Origin: a candidate division FCPU426 bacterium
GTDB lineage: Bacteria > Oederibacteriota > Muellerivitia > Muellerivitales > Muellerivitaceae
DNA length: 64,000 bases
Direction of reading: 5' to 3'
NCBI GenBank assembly: GCA_963771075.1
Contig: CAVYSE010000007.1
Location: 96,001-160,000, forward strand
This document shows, in pieces, positions 8,420 to 18,414 of the stretch. Numbering within the stretch: the first letter of the stretch is position 1; every line of letters starts with the position of its first letter. Position numbers and translations under genes: made by a program. Under the pieces are notes generated by a model. The model saw only the letters and a list, made by a program, of their open reading frames with translations. It had not been told where the DNA came from and did not search any database.

Positions 8420-8448
8420 TTTACAATTGAAAGGCCAAAAATTAAACT
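8420..8448 (+). promoter_or_regulatory. Putative sigma70 promoter of the His-Arg-Lys tRNA cluster
   Basis: TTTACA-17 bp-TAAACT. Confidence 0.5.
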
Positions 8449-8611
8449 TTTATGGCTTTTCTCCCGGACCATGTTTTCTGATGAAATCGGGAAAATAAAC
8501 TTGCTGGTGAGCCCGGTTTGGATGGGCCGCCAGCTTGTTTGTTTCTGGCCTTTTGGCCAGTTGGGGAGCGGTTGGGATTGCACCGTCCCTGACCCCGTTT
8601 CGGAAACGCAT

Positions 8612-8689
8612 GGTGGGAGTAGCTCAATTGGTTAGAGCACCAGATTGTGGATCTGGGGGTTGCGGGTTCGATTCCCGTCTCTCACCCCA
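8612..8689 (+). tRNA. tRNA-His(GTG)
   Basis: CCAGA-TTGTGGA-TCTGG; encoded G-1 and C73; CCA. Confidence 0.96.
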
Positions 8690-8775
8690 CTTGATCCGGC
8701 CGTCCTAACGGTCCGGGGCGTCCCGTACCGAGGTGGAGTGGTGGCTGGTTGCTCCCGCGTAAATAGTTGGAGGAT

Positions 8776-8852
8776 GCGCCTGTAGCTCAGTTGGATAGAG
8801 CGACAGATTCCGGATCTGTAGGTCAGAGGTTCGAGCCCTCTCAGGCGTACCA
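8776..8852 (+). tRNA. tRNA-Arg(CCG)
   Basis: ACAGA-TTCCGGA-TCTGT; CCA. Confidence 0.96.
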
Positions 8853-8971
8853 TTTTTTTTTAAATATGGCGGACGAAGTTTGCCATCAGGTTAGAAATGG
8901 GGATGTACCGATTAGTTGGAAAGTTGTTTTCGGAAAATTGGCACATACCATTTTTCATTATGTTTGGTTTT

Positions 8972-9047
<76 letters not shown>

Positions 9048-9177
9048 TTTTTAGTTTCCTTTTGATTTTGCCGGGTTGGAATGATTCGAACCAACAAGGA
9101 ACTCCAATTATCATGATCCTCGGAATACCCACGACATCCAGATGTTGAGTACCTAAACTCAAAACGAAAGAGGCAAT

Positions 9178-11518
9178 ATGCGCTACGGATACTTTGATGT
9201 TCCAAATAAAGAGTATGTGATCGAAAGGCCCGATACACCGGTGCCTTGGATGAACTACCTGCATAATGACGAGTATTGCGCACTCATTTCCAATAACGCT
9301 GGAGGATACAGCTTTCACCTATCCGCCCGAGACAAGAGGATTTTGCGTTATCGATTAAATAATATTCCGGTGGATCGCCCAGGAAGATATATTTATGTTC
9401 GGGACGAACAAGATGGAGATTATTGGTCCGCGACTTGGCAGCCCGTCCTGAAAGACCTGTCCGACTATAAGACGGAAACACGCCATGGATTTCGGATATA
9501 CCCGCGTTACCTCCGCATATAAGGGGTTAGAAATGGAAACCCTCTATGTGGTTCCCGTGAAGGATAATTTGGAACTCTGGCATTTGACCCTAACCAACCG
9601 TACATCCAAAACCAAGACGCTCAACTTGATTTCCTATGCGGAACTTTGCCTCTTTTTCGCACAAAACGACATGATCAACTTTCAATATACCTACAACATC
9701 GCGAGATGTTTTGAAAAGAATGGGATGATTCATCATACGACGATGATCGAAAATGCCGGGCATTACGCCTTTTTCACCGCGAGCAAACCCTACACTTCCT
9801 TTGATTGCGACAGGGAAAAGTTCATGGGGCCATATCATTCGGAAGCTAACCCCCAGGCAGTTTTGGACGGAAAATGCTTCAATTCCGAAGCGAATGGTGG
9901 AAACCCGGTAGCCGCGACGTCGATCCCGGTAACACTTAAGCCTGGGGAGAGCAAATCCATTACCTATATATTAGGCGTGGCGCCCTCCATGGCGGCCGGT
10001 GCTAAATTGGCGGCCAAGTACCGTAAATCGGGAGCTGTCGAACGGGCTATGGATGAATTGAAAGAACATTGGGATGAGAAGCTGGGTTCCTTGACGGTGA
10101 ACACGCCGGATAAAGACATCAATTTATGTTTGAACCAATGGAATGCTTATCAAGTGCATACCACGTTCAGTATGTCCCGCGGCCCCTCCATTTATGAGGG
10201 TGGTATTGGACGAGGGATGGGATTCCGGGACAGCAACCAGGATGTGCTGAGCGTGATTCACAGTGTGCCTGGGAAGGTGAAAAAACTCATCACTGATTTG
10301 GCTAAGAACATGTTCAAGGACGGAACCGCGTATCACCAGTTTTTCCGGTTGACCGGCGAAGGGGACGGTAAAGGATATTCGGACGATCCGCTTTGGATCA
10401 TTCTTTCCACAACCGCATACGTCAAAGAAACAGGTGATTTCAAGTTTTTAAACGAAAAGATCGCTTGGGCCGATGGCGGGACAGCCACCATGTACGAGCA
10501 TCTTCGGGCGCCATTGGATTACACATATAAAAACGTTGGAAGCCACAAGATTCCCTGCATGGGTTTCGCTGATTGGAATGATACCCTCCAGATCAACGGA
10601 CCGAAACCAGGAGAGAGCGTTTGGGTGGCCGAGTTCCTCGTGAAATGCGCCAATGATTTCGTTGAATTGGCCGAAGCGCTGGGCAAAAAAGGGGACGCCC
10701 AAAAGTATCGCAAGATGGCAGCGGATATGGGCGCCCGTACTAATAAAGTTTGCTGGGACGGGGATTGGTACGCAATGGCTTTTGATGGATGGGGAACCAT
10801 GCTGGGTTCCAATAAGCAAAAAGACGGAAAGGTTTATTTGAACACCCAAACCTGGGCGGTCATCTCCGGGGTTGCCGATCAAAAAAGGGGCGAAGAATGC
10901 ATGGATGCGGTGCGTGAGTACCTGGATTCCAAATATGGGGTGGCCCTTATGTACCCTGGCTTTAAGCATTTCAGCCCCCGCTTGGGCGGGGTGAGTACCT
11001 TTCCCCCGGGTTTGAAGGAAAACGGTGGAATCTTCTCGCATGCCAATCCATGGGCTGTCATTGCCGAAACGATTTTAGGACGGGCGGATGTCGCGATGAA
11101 ATATTACAAGCAATTATTGCCGACAACAAAGGACCAGATCCAGGATGTGCACAAAGCGGAACCCTATATCTATGCCCAGGCCATCGCTTCTAGGGAACAC
11201 CGTGACTTCGGATTTGCGAGAAATTCCTGGTTGACCGGAGCTGCTTCCTGGAACTATGTGGCAGCCACTCAATATATATTGGGTATTCGGCCGACCTACT
11301 CGGGGCTCCGGGTGGATCCTTGTATACCAAAGGACTGGAAAGAGTATCAGGTGACTCGATTGTTCCGTGGAGTGGAATACCACATTCGAGTGAAGAACCC
11401 CAGACACATCAGTAAGGGTGTCGCTTTTATGACCGTGAATGGCAAGAAGTTTGATGGAAACGTCATTCCGGCGCAAAAGTCGAGCAAAAAAATCGAGGTT
11501 GAGGTTGTGCTGGGTTAA
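9178..11518 (+). pseudogene. GH94 glycoside phosphorylase (cellobiose/chitobiose phosphorylase family), split by one frameshift near 9490 (real or sequencing error)
   Basis: MRYGYFD...PDTPVPWMNYL, GRGMGFRDSNQD, ADWNDTL, KENGGIFSH, NSWLTGAASW; extra T in GGATTTCGGA. Confidence 0.85.
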
Positions 11519-11541
11519 TTGGATTTAAGCATCTTAAATGG

Positions 11542-11574
11542 ACCAAGCCCTAACAAACGTTAGGGCTTGGTTTT
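11542..11574 (+). terminator. Intrinsic terminator after the GH94 gene
   Basis: ACCAAGCCCTAAC-AAAC-GTTAGGGCTTGGT-TTT. Confidence 0.8.
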
Positions 11575-11623
11575 CATCAAAATAGTGTGGAACGGGCCGT
11601 GAAAAGAGCCGTTTTAGGTTTCG

Positions 11624-11652
11624 TTGACAGCCCTCAAACAGCATGCTATAAG
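11624..11652 (+). promoter_or_regulatory. sigma70 promoter of spoVS
   Basis: TTGACA-17 bp-TATAAG with TGn extension. Confidence 0.7.
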
Positions 11653-11692
11653 AAGCTTGCTTAAGCTTCGGCGAGGGAAGAAGGAGCCACGC

Positions 11693-11974
11693 TTGGTCGC
11701 CATCATGACGTTGAAAGTCGCCGCAAAAAGCAACCCCTCCACCGTGGCAGGCGCCATCGCCAATAACGTAAGGGATGGAAAAGGCGTGGAAATTGTCGCC
11801 ATGGGGCCTGAAAGTATCAATAACACGGTCAAGGCTATTGCCATCGCGCGAGGTTTTTTGCGCGGGGATGGGATGGACGCTTATTTCAAACCCGAATTTA
11901 TTCATCTCACGATTGATGGAGAAAAGAAAAGCGCGATCAAGTTCATTTTGAGCGTCGAAAAGAACGAAAAGTAA
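11693..11974 (+). CDS. spoVS: SpoVS family protein (start TTG 11693 or ATG 11705)
   Basis: LKVAAKSNPSTVAGAIA...NNTVKAIAIARGF...SAIKF; AAGGAG RBS. Confidence 0.92.
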   Translation: MVAIMTLKVAAKSNPSTVAGAIANNVRDGKGVEIVAMGPESINNTVKAIAIARGFLRGDGMDAYFKPEFIHLTIDGEKKSAIKFILSVEKNEK

Positions 11975-11994
11975 TACAGATGATTTCTATGTTG

Positions 11995-12028
11995 AAACCC
12001 TGGCCTTAGGACCGGGGTTTTTTATTTT
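11995..12028 (+). terminator. Intrinsic terminator-like hairpin after spoVS
   Basis: AAACCCTGG...CCGGGGTTT plus T-tract. Confidence 0.65.
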
Positions 12029-12029
12029 A

Positions 12030-12106
12030 GGGCGAATAGCTCAGTTGGTTAGAGCACCTGCTTTACACGCAGGGGGTCACAGGTTCGAATCCTGTTTCGC
12101 CCACCA
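12030..12106 (+). tRNA. tRNA-Val(TAC); attL of element E2
   Basis: CCTGC-TTTACAC-GCAGG; CCA. Confidence 0.96.
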
Positions 12107-12121
12107 TATTTTTCAACGGTT

Positions 12122-13225
12122 TTACGACTTCACTTCCTGGCCGGCAAGGATCCGTGTCATATCCGTGTCAAACTGCCTCTCAACCTGTTGTAGCGCGTTC
12201 ACCCGGTCCTGCCGGTCGATCCGGTTGTACCGTCTGAACATCGCATAGGTCTTGTGGCCCGATATGGACATGATGACCGAGTCGTTCACCCCCGCCTTCC
12301 GCAAGTTGGTCACCGCGCAATGCCGGAGATCGTGGAACCGGAAGTTCTTGATCCCCGCCTTACGGACCGCTTTCCTGAAGCCGGTCTTGATGTTCTTGAT
12401 GCGCTGGCCCTTGTAGGTGAAGACATAGGGGCTTCCCAGGTTCCGGGGTGTCCGTTTCAGGAGTTTCAAAAGCCCCTCCGTCAATGGCACCTCCCGCTTC
12501 TCCTGGGTCTTGGTGTCCGCGGCTTCCAGGGTGACGACCTTGTTTTGGAAGTCCACCTGTTCCCACCGCAGGCCCAAAATCTCCCCCCGCCGCATTCCCG
12601 TCCAATAAGCCAGCTGGACGATTGCGGAAAGGCGCGGGGAACAAAACCCCAAGAGGCTTTGGAATTCCTCAAGCGTCAAGGTGCGGTCCCGTGATTCTTC
12701 CCGGAAGGCCCGAACCTTTTGAATCGGGTTTTTCTCCAACAAGCCGTTGAAGACAGCCCGGCTCATGATGCTTTTGATTACTCCAAGGTCCCGGTTCAAG
12801 GTGCAGTTGGAAAGGGGTTTTCCCCCAAAGGCAACATTGCCCGCTTTCCGCCTTTGGGTCAAATAACCCTCAACAATGTCCGGCGTTAAACTTTTCAAGG
12901 GCCTGTTACCAAAGTAACCCTTGAGCCGCTTAACCATCTGGATATCGTTCTCGTGGCTTTTCCTTCTTGCCTCGGAATAAACCAGGAACAAATCCGCCGC
13001 TTCGGTGAAGGTGACTTCCGGCTTGTCCTCGGCCAGGAACTTTTCAGCCACGATTTCCCTCGTGTGCTGGGCTAAGACCTGCTTTGCCTGGGTCAAAGGA
13101 ATGAACCCCAACCGCACTCTTTTGCGCTTTCTTATACCTCCTTCCCGGATGAAGTAATCCAGAAAATACCCCTTATCGTCCTTGCGGAGAAATTGGGGCA
13201 ATCCATGAACATTAGGTCTACTCAT
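12122..13225 (-). CDS. int: Tyrosine recombinase/integrase, close paralog of the E1 integrase
   Basis: TGMRRGE, FHDLRH, ISGHKT...RRY. Confidence 0.96.
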   Translation of the reverse strand: MSRPNVHGLPQFLRKDDKGYFLDYFIREGGIRKRKRVRLGFIPLTQAKQVLAQHTREIVAEKFLAEDKPEVTFTEAADLFLVYSEARRKSHENDIQMVKRLKGYFGNRPLKSLTPDIVEGYLTQRRKAGNVAFGGKPLSNCTLNRDLGVIKSIMSRAVFNGLLEKNPIQKVRAFREESRDRTLTLEEFQSLLGFCSPRLSAIVQLAYWTGMRRGEILGLRWEQVDFQNKVVTLEAADTKTQEKREVPLTEGLLKLLKRTPRNLGSPYVFTYKGQRIKNIKTGFRKAVRKAGIKNFRFHDLRHCAVTNLRKAGVNDSVIMSISGHKTYAMFRRYNRIDRQDRVNALQQVERQFDTDMTRILAGQEVKS

Positions 13226-13401
13226 GCGTCCCTCCTAATGTCCCCAGCACAAACATATTACCAGGGGCCAAGATTTTTTCAAAAGAAGTACCCAGCACAA
13301 CCGCCGAAAACGCGAAAAGTTCAATAACGCCTTCAAAGTGTTGGAAGCATGGGTTTGGGTTGTTTGATTTGGGTTTGAAGTTAGAAGTGGCTTTAATTAG
13401 T

Positions 13402-13528
13402 GCCGCAATATGGGCGGCCAAGCGAACCAAGAGGCCAGACCCCACTACCGTTTTCCTGGATAGGAACTTGATCCAGGGGGAGTGGGGTCTGGCGTCGCAG
13501 GTGAGAAAACAGCCGCCCATATTGCGGC
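13402..13528 (-). other. Diverged third copy of the three-stem hairpin motif
   Basis: Perfect stems of 17 bp (13402-13418/13512-13528), 13 bp (13434-13446/13481-13493) and 7 bp (13455-13461/13471-13477); ATCAAGT apex on the minus strand. Confidence 0.8.
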
Positions 13529-14074
13529 TATTTCCTGAAAAAAGATGTGAGTCAGAGTCACGTTCCGCTTTAAGCAGGTTTAAGTTCCGGCTCAAGCGAG
13601 TCGTGCCTCTCTTTTGGTGGATCGTTAAATTGAGTTGTGAAGCGTTCAAGGTTTGGGGGATTCTCCGGGTTGATTGACTTGGATTTGAAAGTTCACTTGT
13701 CGAAGGGTAACAACTTGCGAGGACGAAATCTTCGGGGAAGTAATCGCCCTTTAAATGCAAAATCTGAAATCTAAAAAGTTCGTTCATCCGTCACCGCCGT
13801 GTTTTGTGATATTTATTTTGACTCTCTTGAGCGCCTAAACGTTTCTTTGAACGGAATAATTTTTTTGAATTGTCACTGACTGCCACTTACCGCCGCTAAC
13901 TGCCACTTGTGATCGGTAGTGATCGTTTATGCGCATTCTCCGTAACCATCGTTAACCATGGATTACCATGGATTGACGCAATAGATTTTTATGACACTCA
14001 AAATTTTTGGGAGCGAAAGGAGAAATGAACCGTCCAAAAGGCATGAAGACAATCTCCCTGCAAGGATGCGGTCC

Positions 14075-14878
14075 ATGAGCCAATACCTTGAAATCAGCGA
14101 TACCGAAGCTCAGCACCTCGCCTGGATTCACTCAAACAAGTTCACCATCCCCGAGTTATTCCAAAAAAAGTTTTATCCCCAAGGCACCTACCGAAACGCT
14201 TGTTACGTTCTCAGCAAATACGTCAAAAAAGGTTTTCTGCTTTTCGACAAGCCCCACATGTTCGCGCATAACTTTTACTTCCTGACCATTCAAGCCATTC
14301 GCACCATGGACGAGACAGGGCAGATGATTGTCATGGGCCGAAAACACCCCATCCGAATCAACCCCTACGAGCGACAGCATGACCTTATGGTTCAGGAGCT
14401 AAGAATCACCTTGGAGGCCTGCCCTAGCTTGGTGGATATCTTTTGGGTCAGTGACTTCGAAATGCGGGCTGGTATCACCCCGCGAACCAAGGCCGAATTC
14501 CTTAATGGGGAGTTAGAAAGCAACTGGCGGGTGAGGGCCTATGAAAGGGCTAAGTCCTTGGTCCGAAGGACGCCGGACGGGTACTTTGAAGCCGACTTCC
14601 AGGGGGATAGGCGGGCATTTGTCCTGGAATTCGAGCGGACGGCCTACCACTGGAACATGGTCAAGCGGATGGTCTATAACCTGGACGATGCCTTTCCCCA
14701 TGCCTTGCGGCTTGTCGTCTCGGAAACCGTGCCCCATTCCAGGCGGATGATCCGCTACCTGCAAGCCTGGGTCCGGGAGAAAGACCTTTCTTGGTGGTTC
14801 GTGAGTGACTTTCAGAAGCTGACGACCCAGCCTTTCGAAGACTGCTGGTATCAAATCAACCATCCCTTGGAGCAATAG
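14075..14878 (+). CDS. Replication-relaxation (Replic_Relax-like) protein, paralog of 3399-4202
   Basis: Start chosen by alignment to E1 (267 aa each); same motifs. Confidence 0.72.
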   Translation: MSQYLEISDTEAQHLAWIHSNKFTIPELFQKKFYPQGTYRNACYVLSKYVKKGFLLFDKPHMFAHNFYFLTIQAIRTMDETGQMIVMGRKHPIRINPYERQHDLMVQELRITLEACPSLVDIFWVSDFEMRAGITPRTKAEFLNGELESNWRVRAYERAKSLVRRTPDGYFEADFQGDRRAFVLEFERTAYHWNMVKRMVYNLDDAFPHALRLVVSETVPHSRRMIRYLQAWVREKDLSWWFVSDFQKLTTQPFEDCWYQINHPLEQ

Positions 14879-14887
14879 GGGGTTTCC

Positions 14888-15058
14888 TGGCCGTGGAAAA
14901 AATGTCCTACGGTCTTTCATTCGGACGGAACTACAAATTTTAATCTTTCGGCTTTTTTAGGGGTATTTTCCCGTGTTCCGATGGCGAGCCCCCCTATCTC
15001 TGCATCAAGTACGGATGCAAGAAACGATAGGGGGGCTCGCCCTCTCCACACGGGAAAA
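14888..15058 (+). other. Conserved non-coding structured module (hairpin 14966-15058)
   Basis: TTTTCCCGTGT/ACACGGGAAAA and GGCGAGCCCCCCTATC/GATAGGGGGGCTCGCC stems. Confidence 0.8.
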
Positions 15059-15252
15059 CCAGAGGCGTTATTTTTAAAAAAAAGGATGATACAAATTCAA
15101 ATTAAAATCAGATTCAAGAACAAGACAAAGCAAACCGGAGCAGTATTCAGAGGGGGTAGGTTGGAATGGAAGTGGTAGTGCAGTTTTGGGTGGTAGGTGG
15201 TGAAGGGGGTTGGTGTATAATCAGGGGCAGGTGAATTCTTGAAAGTGAAAAA

Positions 15253-15585
15253 ATGATTCAACTCAAAGATCGTTCAACAACAGAAGAACTTCAGGAAGTG
15301 GTTGAGAGGGTTATCGGCAGGTTTCATCCCGATAGAATCCTCCTCTATGGTTCTTTTGCTTATGGTGATCCCCGCCCGGACAGTGACTTTGATTTATTGG
15401 TGGTCTTGCCCGACCCTCCCGCCCGGCAGGTTGGATGGGAAGCGGCTCATGAAATACGCCTCAAACATCCCCTTCAATTGGTTTTCATGAAGACTGAAGT
15501 GTTCGAGGAAACCAAAGACGTTGTCGGGGGCCTTGCCTATCCCGCCAATCATTGGGGAAAAGTGCTCCATGAAAAGGCTTCGTGA
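15253..15585 (+). CDS. Minimal nucleotidyltransferase (MNT)
   Basis: ILLYGSFAYGDPRPDSDFDLLVV; TATAAT at 15216-15221. Confidence 0.9.
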   Translation: MIQLKDRSTTEELQEVVERVIGRFHPDRILLYGSFAYGDPRPDSDFDLLVVLPDPPARQVGWEAAHEIRLKHPLQLVFMKTEVFEETKDVVGGLAYPANHWGKVLHEKAS

Positions 15586-15997
15586 ACAGGTCATTTGGGA
15601 CTTTATTCAAGGCTGGCTTAAAAAAGCCGAGAGCGACCTAATCGCCGCCGAGATAACTCTAAATACAAAATCAGAAGACCATTTCATCTCCGCTTTCCAC
15701 TCCCAGCAAGCCGTTGAAAAATACCTAAAGGCTTTTCTCATTTGGCGACAGGTGCCCTATCTCAAAACCCATGAGATCAAAAAATTATTGTCTCTTTTCC
15801 CGGCGGAAGACGCGGAGCTGGTAAAGGGATTGTCTGAAGCTGATTGGTTGACGCCCTTTGGGGTTGAATTTCGTTATCCAGGCGATGAAGTTGCCGACCT
15901 GGAAACGGCAAAGAAAGCCGTGGACCAGGCAAAAAAAGTTCAGAAAATCTTCTTTGGATGCCTAAAAGATTATCTCGAAAAGGGACGACCTGGTTAG
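15569..15997 (+). CDS. HEPN domain protein (PF05168/COG2250 type)
   Basis: FHSQQAVEKYLKAFL, KTHEI, FRYPG. Confidence 0.9.
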   Translation: MKRLREQVIWDFIQGWLKKAESDLIAAEITLNTKSEDHFISAFHSQQAVEKYLKAFLIWRQVPYLKTHEIKKLLSLFPAEDAELVKGLSEADWLTPFGVEFRYPGDEVADLETAKKAVDQAKKVQKIFFGCLKDYLEKGRPG

Positions 15998-16004
15998 GGG
16001 AAAT

Positions 16005-16667
16005 TTGTTGCCTACTCAAAAATGTTACACGGAAAAAGAGCTTATAAAAGAGTTGAAAAAATTTAAGCCTAAATGGAAAAAATGGTTTAACTTTCACCGA
16101 TTGTGGGAACAGGATAGTGAAATAGAAAAGTTTATCCGCCATGCCGTTGACGGGAGTACATTCAGAGCTTTTCGCGGAGTTAAAAACCCAGCAATAAAAT
16201 TTAGAATTTGGGCGAAAAAGTATTTGACCGACAAGCGTTTAGAAGAACTTCGTAAAATAAAAAGTCAAACCGAATATTCTGAATGGCTAAACGATATGAG
16301 AAAACACTTGCAAGGCCATTGGAAAGCCAAAAAGAAAATGGATTACGGCCATGCCATGAAACTCTCAAACCTATTGGTAAAGCAACTTTGTTGTTCAAAA
16401 AGGGAAATACCGCAAAAAACGTTCAATGAAATAATCGAGTTCATCGAGGTGCCGCTTGATAAATATTCTCTTCAAGCCATAGCCAATTGTAAAAAATATT
16501 TGCCGGAAGACGTCAAGATTAAAGGAACTGATGCGATGGGTTATATAAAAAACGATAAGAAAAAGTACAAAAAAATTCAGGATGGTATTCGAATGCTTAT
16601 CAATGAAAATAAAGTAAAAGTGCCTCCAATTGCTTTCGATTTATTCGTTTGGAACCATGCCCATTAA
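16005..16667 (+). CDS. Basic hypothetical protein, possibly helix-hairpin-helix glycosylase-like fold
   Basis: YGHAMKLSNLLVKQL...EVPLDKYSL...Y..IQ..IR...PIAFDLFVW; AT-rich. Confidence 0.6.
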   Translation: MLPTQKCYTEKELIKELKKFKPKWKKWFNFHRLWEQDSEIEKFIRHAVDGSTFRAFRGVKNPAIKFRIWAKKYLTDKRLEELRKIKSQTEYSEWLNDMRKHLQGHWKAKKKMDYGHAMKLSNLLVKQLCCSKREIPQKTFNEIIEFIEVPLDKYSLQAIANCKKYLPEDVKIKGTDAMGYIKNDKKKYKKIQDGIRMLINENKVKVPPIAFDLFVWNHAH

Positions 16668-16706
16668 GGTCCAATAAAGAACATTATGAAAAGAAACGGA
16701 GGAAAA

Positions 16707-17603
16707 ATGAATAAAGTATTATTTGTATTATTGGCACTTGGACTAAGTGGCCCATTGATGGCAAATGACAAAATTGTGGTACAGATTAATAACGATATAT
16801 CCATGGAGAACTATAAAAAAGACCTCTACTTAGCGATGCATTTTTACAAATTGAAAAATTTTAAGGAAGTTTTAAAAGAACTTAAGAAATTTGAAAAGGA
16901 TACGGCTGTTGAAAATCCTTCGCCAAGTGGACAAGCGACTTATTCATACATCCTTTATCGAGTAACGATGTACCAAGCCCAAATGGCACAAAAACAAGGG
17001 AATAAAATTTTGTATTTGGAGTGTAAGGATAAAGCTAGAGATCTATTAGACAGGATTCAAAATATTAGTGATGTGAATGACGAAAGGGTTAATCAAGCAC
17101 TTGGACCTGGGCACGGCGGAGCTATCCTAGTTGCGATAGATGAAATAAAACCTTATTTTGATTGTTACGATAGTAACGAAAGAAATTGTGATGATTACTT
17201 TGTTCAACCGATTGCTACTCCAACCCCTGAAATGATACCCGTGACTGTATCCGTCGAGTTGTCGCCAAAAGCCACTCCGGTAATAAATATGGGTTATTAT
17301 GAATATAAAAATCCCCCGGGTTTGCAAGTAACGATGAATTGGAACCCGATTCTTGAAAGCACAAATGCCGCAACTACGGTAATTTATCTTCCTAAGGGAA
17401 GCGGAAAGCGTTTTCAGATTGAGGAAGAATTTCCTAAAGATGAAAATGCATCATTTACCCTAGTGATTTCTCAACCTGGATCAGAATCCGTAACAAGTCA
17501 TGGAGTTGATTGTAGTGCTGGTCTTGGTTGTCGCCGGGCAATGATAGACGTTAGAGCGGGAGAAAATATTTCAAATATGTTAAGTGAATCCAGCGGAAAT
17601 TAA
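16707..17603 (+). CDS. Hypothetical secreted protein (helical N-domain, ATPTP linker, beta-rich C-domain)
   Basis: GGAGG RBS; signal peptide MNKVLFVLLALGLSGPLMA; AT-rich. Confidence 0.7.
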   Translation: MNKVLFVLLALGLSGPLMANDKIVVQINNDISMENYKKDLYLAMHFYKLKNFKEVLKELKKFEKDTAVENPSPSGQATYSYILYRVTMYQAQMAQKQGNKILYLECKDKARDLLDRIQNISDVNDERVNQALGPGHGGAILVAIDEIKPYFDCYDSNERNCDDYFVQPIATPTPEMIPVTVSVELSPKATPVINMGYYEYKNPPGLQVTMNWNPILESTNAATTVIYLPKGSGKRFQIEEEFPKDENASFTLVISQPGSESVTSHGVDCSAGLGCRRAMIDVRAGENISNMLSESSGN

Positions 17604-17935
17604 ACTGTAGGATCAATCGGTGTCATATACGTGTCAAATTTGGACTCACTGAATGAATTGCAGGCAGTCTTTTTTACGACCCCCTCCATGAAATGCAGGG
17701 GCTTACAAGGCACAGGCGGTAAAAATTAGTCGTTCTGCCGTGTCATATACGTGTCAAACTTAACCATGCTTTACGATGCTTGACCATCACTTACCGCCGT
17801 TTACCGCCACTTCAAAAAAAGAGCCCTTGCCGCTCAGGTCGTAAAACCGTTGCAGGCAAAGGCCCTTGAAACTGTGCTGGGGACTGTGAATTTTTAAACT
17901 CGCTCTAAAAGAGCGTCCAAATATGGTTTCGGTGA

Positions 17936-17980
17936 TTTACACGCAGGGGGTCACAGGTTCGAATCCTGTTTCGCCCACCA
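17936..17980 (+). repeat. attR of E2: 3' half of tRNA-Val(TAC)
   Basis: 45 bp identical to 12062-12106. Confidence 0.95.
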
Positions 17981-18119
17981 TTTTTGATAATGATTAGACA
18001 TTTTTTTCTTACAAAAATATAACCGCTCGCCGACAACTGTTTGCCAGGACTTACTTGTATTTTTGGGCTTTTTGGTTAAAATTCTCTCCCTGTTAAAAAG
18101 AGTCGTTGGTTTTTGAATT

Positions 18120-18195
18120 GGGGGCGTAGCTCAGCTGGGAGAGCACTTCCATGGCATGGAAGGGGTCGTGGGTTCGATCCCCATCGCCTCCACCA
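18120..18195 (+). tRNA. tRNA-Ala(GGC)
   Basis: CTTCC-ATGGCAT-GGAAG; G3:U70; CCA. Confidence 0.96.
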
Positions 18196-18414
18196 ATTTT
18201 AAAGTCTTTTTCCACTAAACCATAACCTACATGCTGTCAAATCCCACCTTTGAAAGATAAATATCTATCCATAGATGGTATAAATGCGGAGATCCGAGCG
18301 GCTTGAATCCGTTCATTTATTGAGCCACAATGTTTTGTCGTTCATTAAACGCTCCAATAAAAATACTTTTAGCTGGAATCCAGTTCGACTCACGACCCAA
18401 ACAGCAGGAAGTTA

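Larger units (their letters stand above)
12107..17980. mobile_element. Integrative element E2 (~5.87 kb) in tRNA-Val(TAC): int, inverted hairpin module, Replic_Relax protein, hairpin module, MNT-HEPN, two cargo genes
   Basis: 45-bp direct repeat 12062-12106 = 17936-17980; integrase adjacent; paralogous to E1. Confidence 0.93.

Noticed and set aside
13218..13787. 189-aa minus ORF and 105-aa plus ORF (13360-13677) as E2 genes
   Set aside because: No recognisable domain; the region is explained by the hairpin module and the conserved control region
13991..14074. N-terminal extension of the E2 Replic_Relax protein
   Set aside because: The equivalent E1 segment is out of frame with its gene; ATG 14075 gives a protein of the same length as E1's
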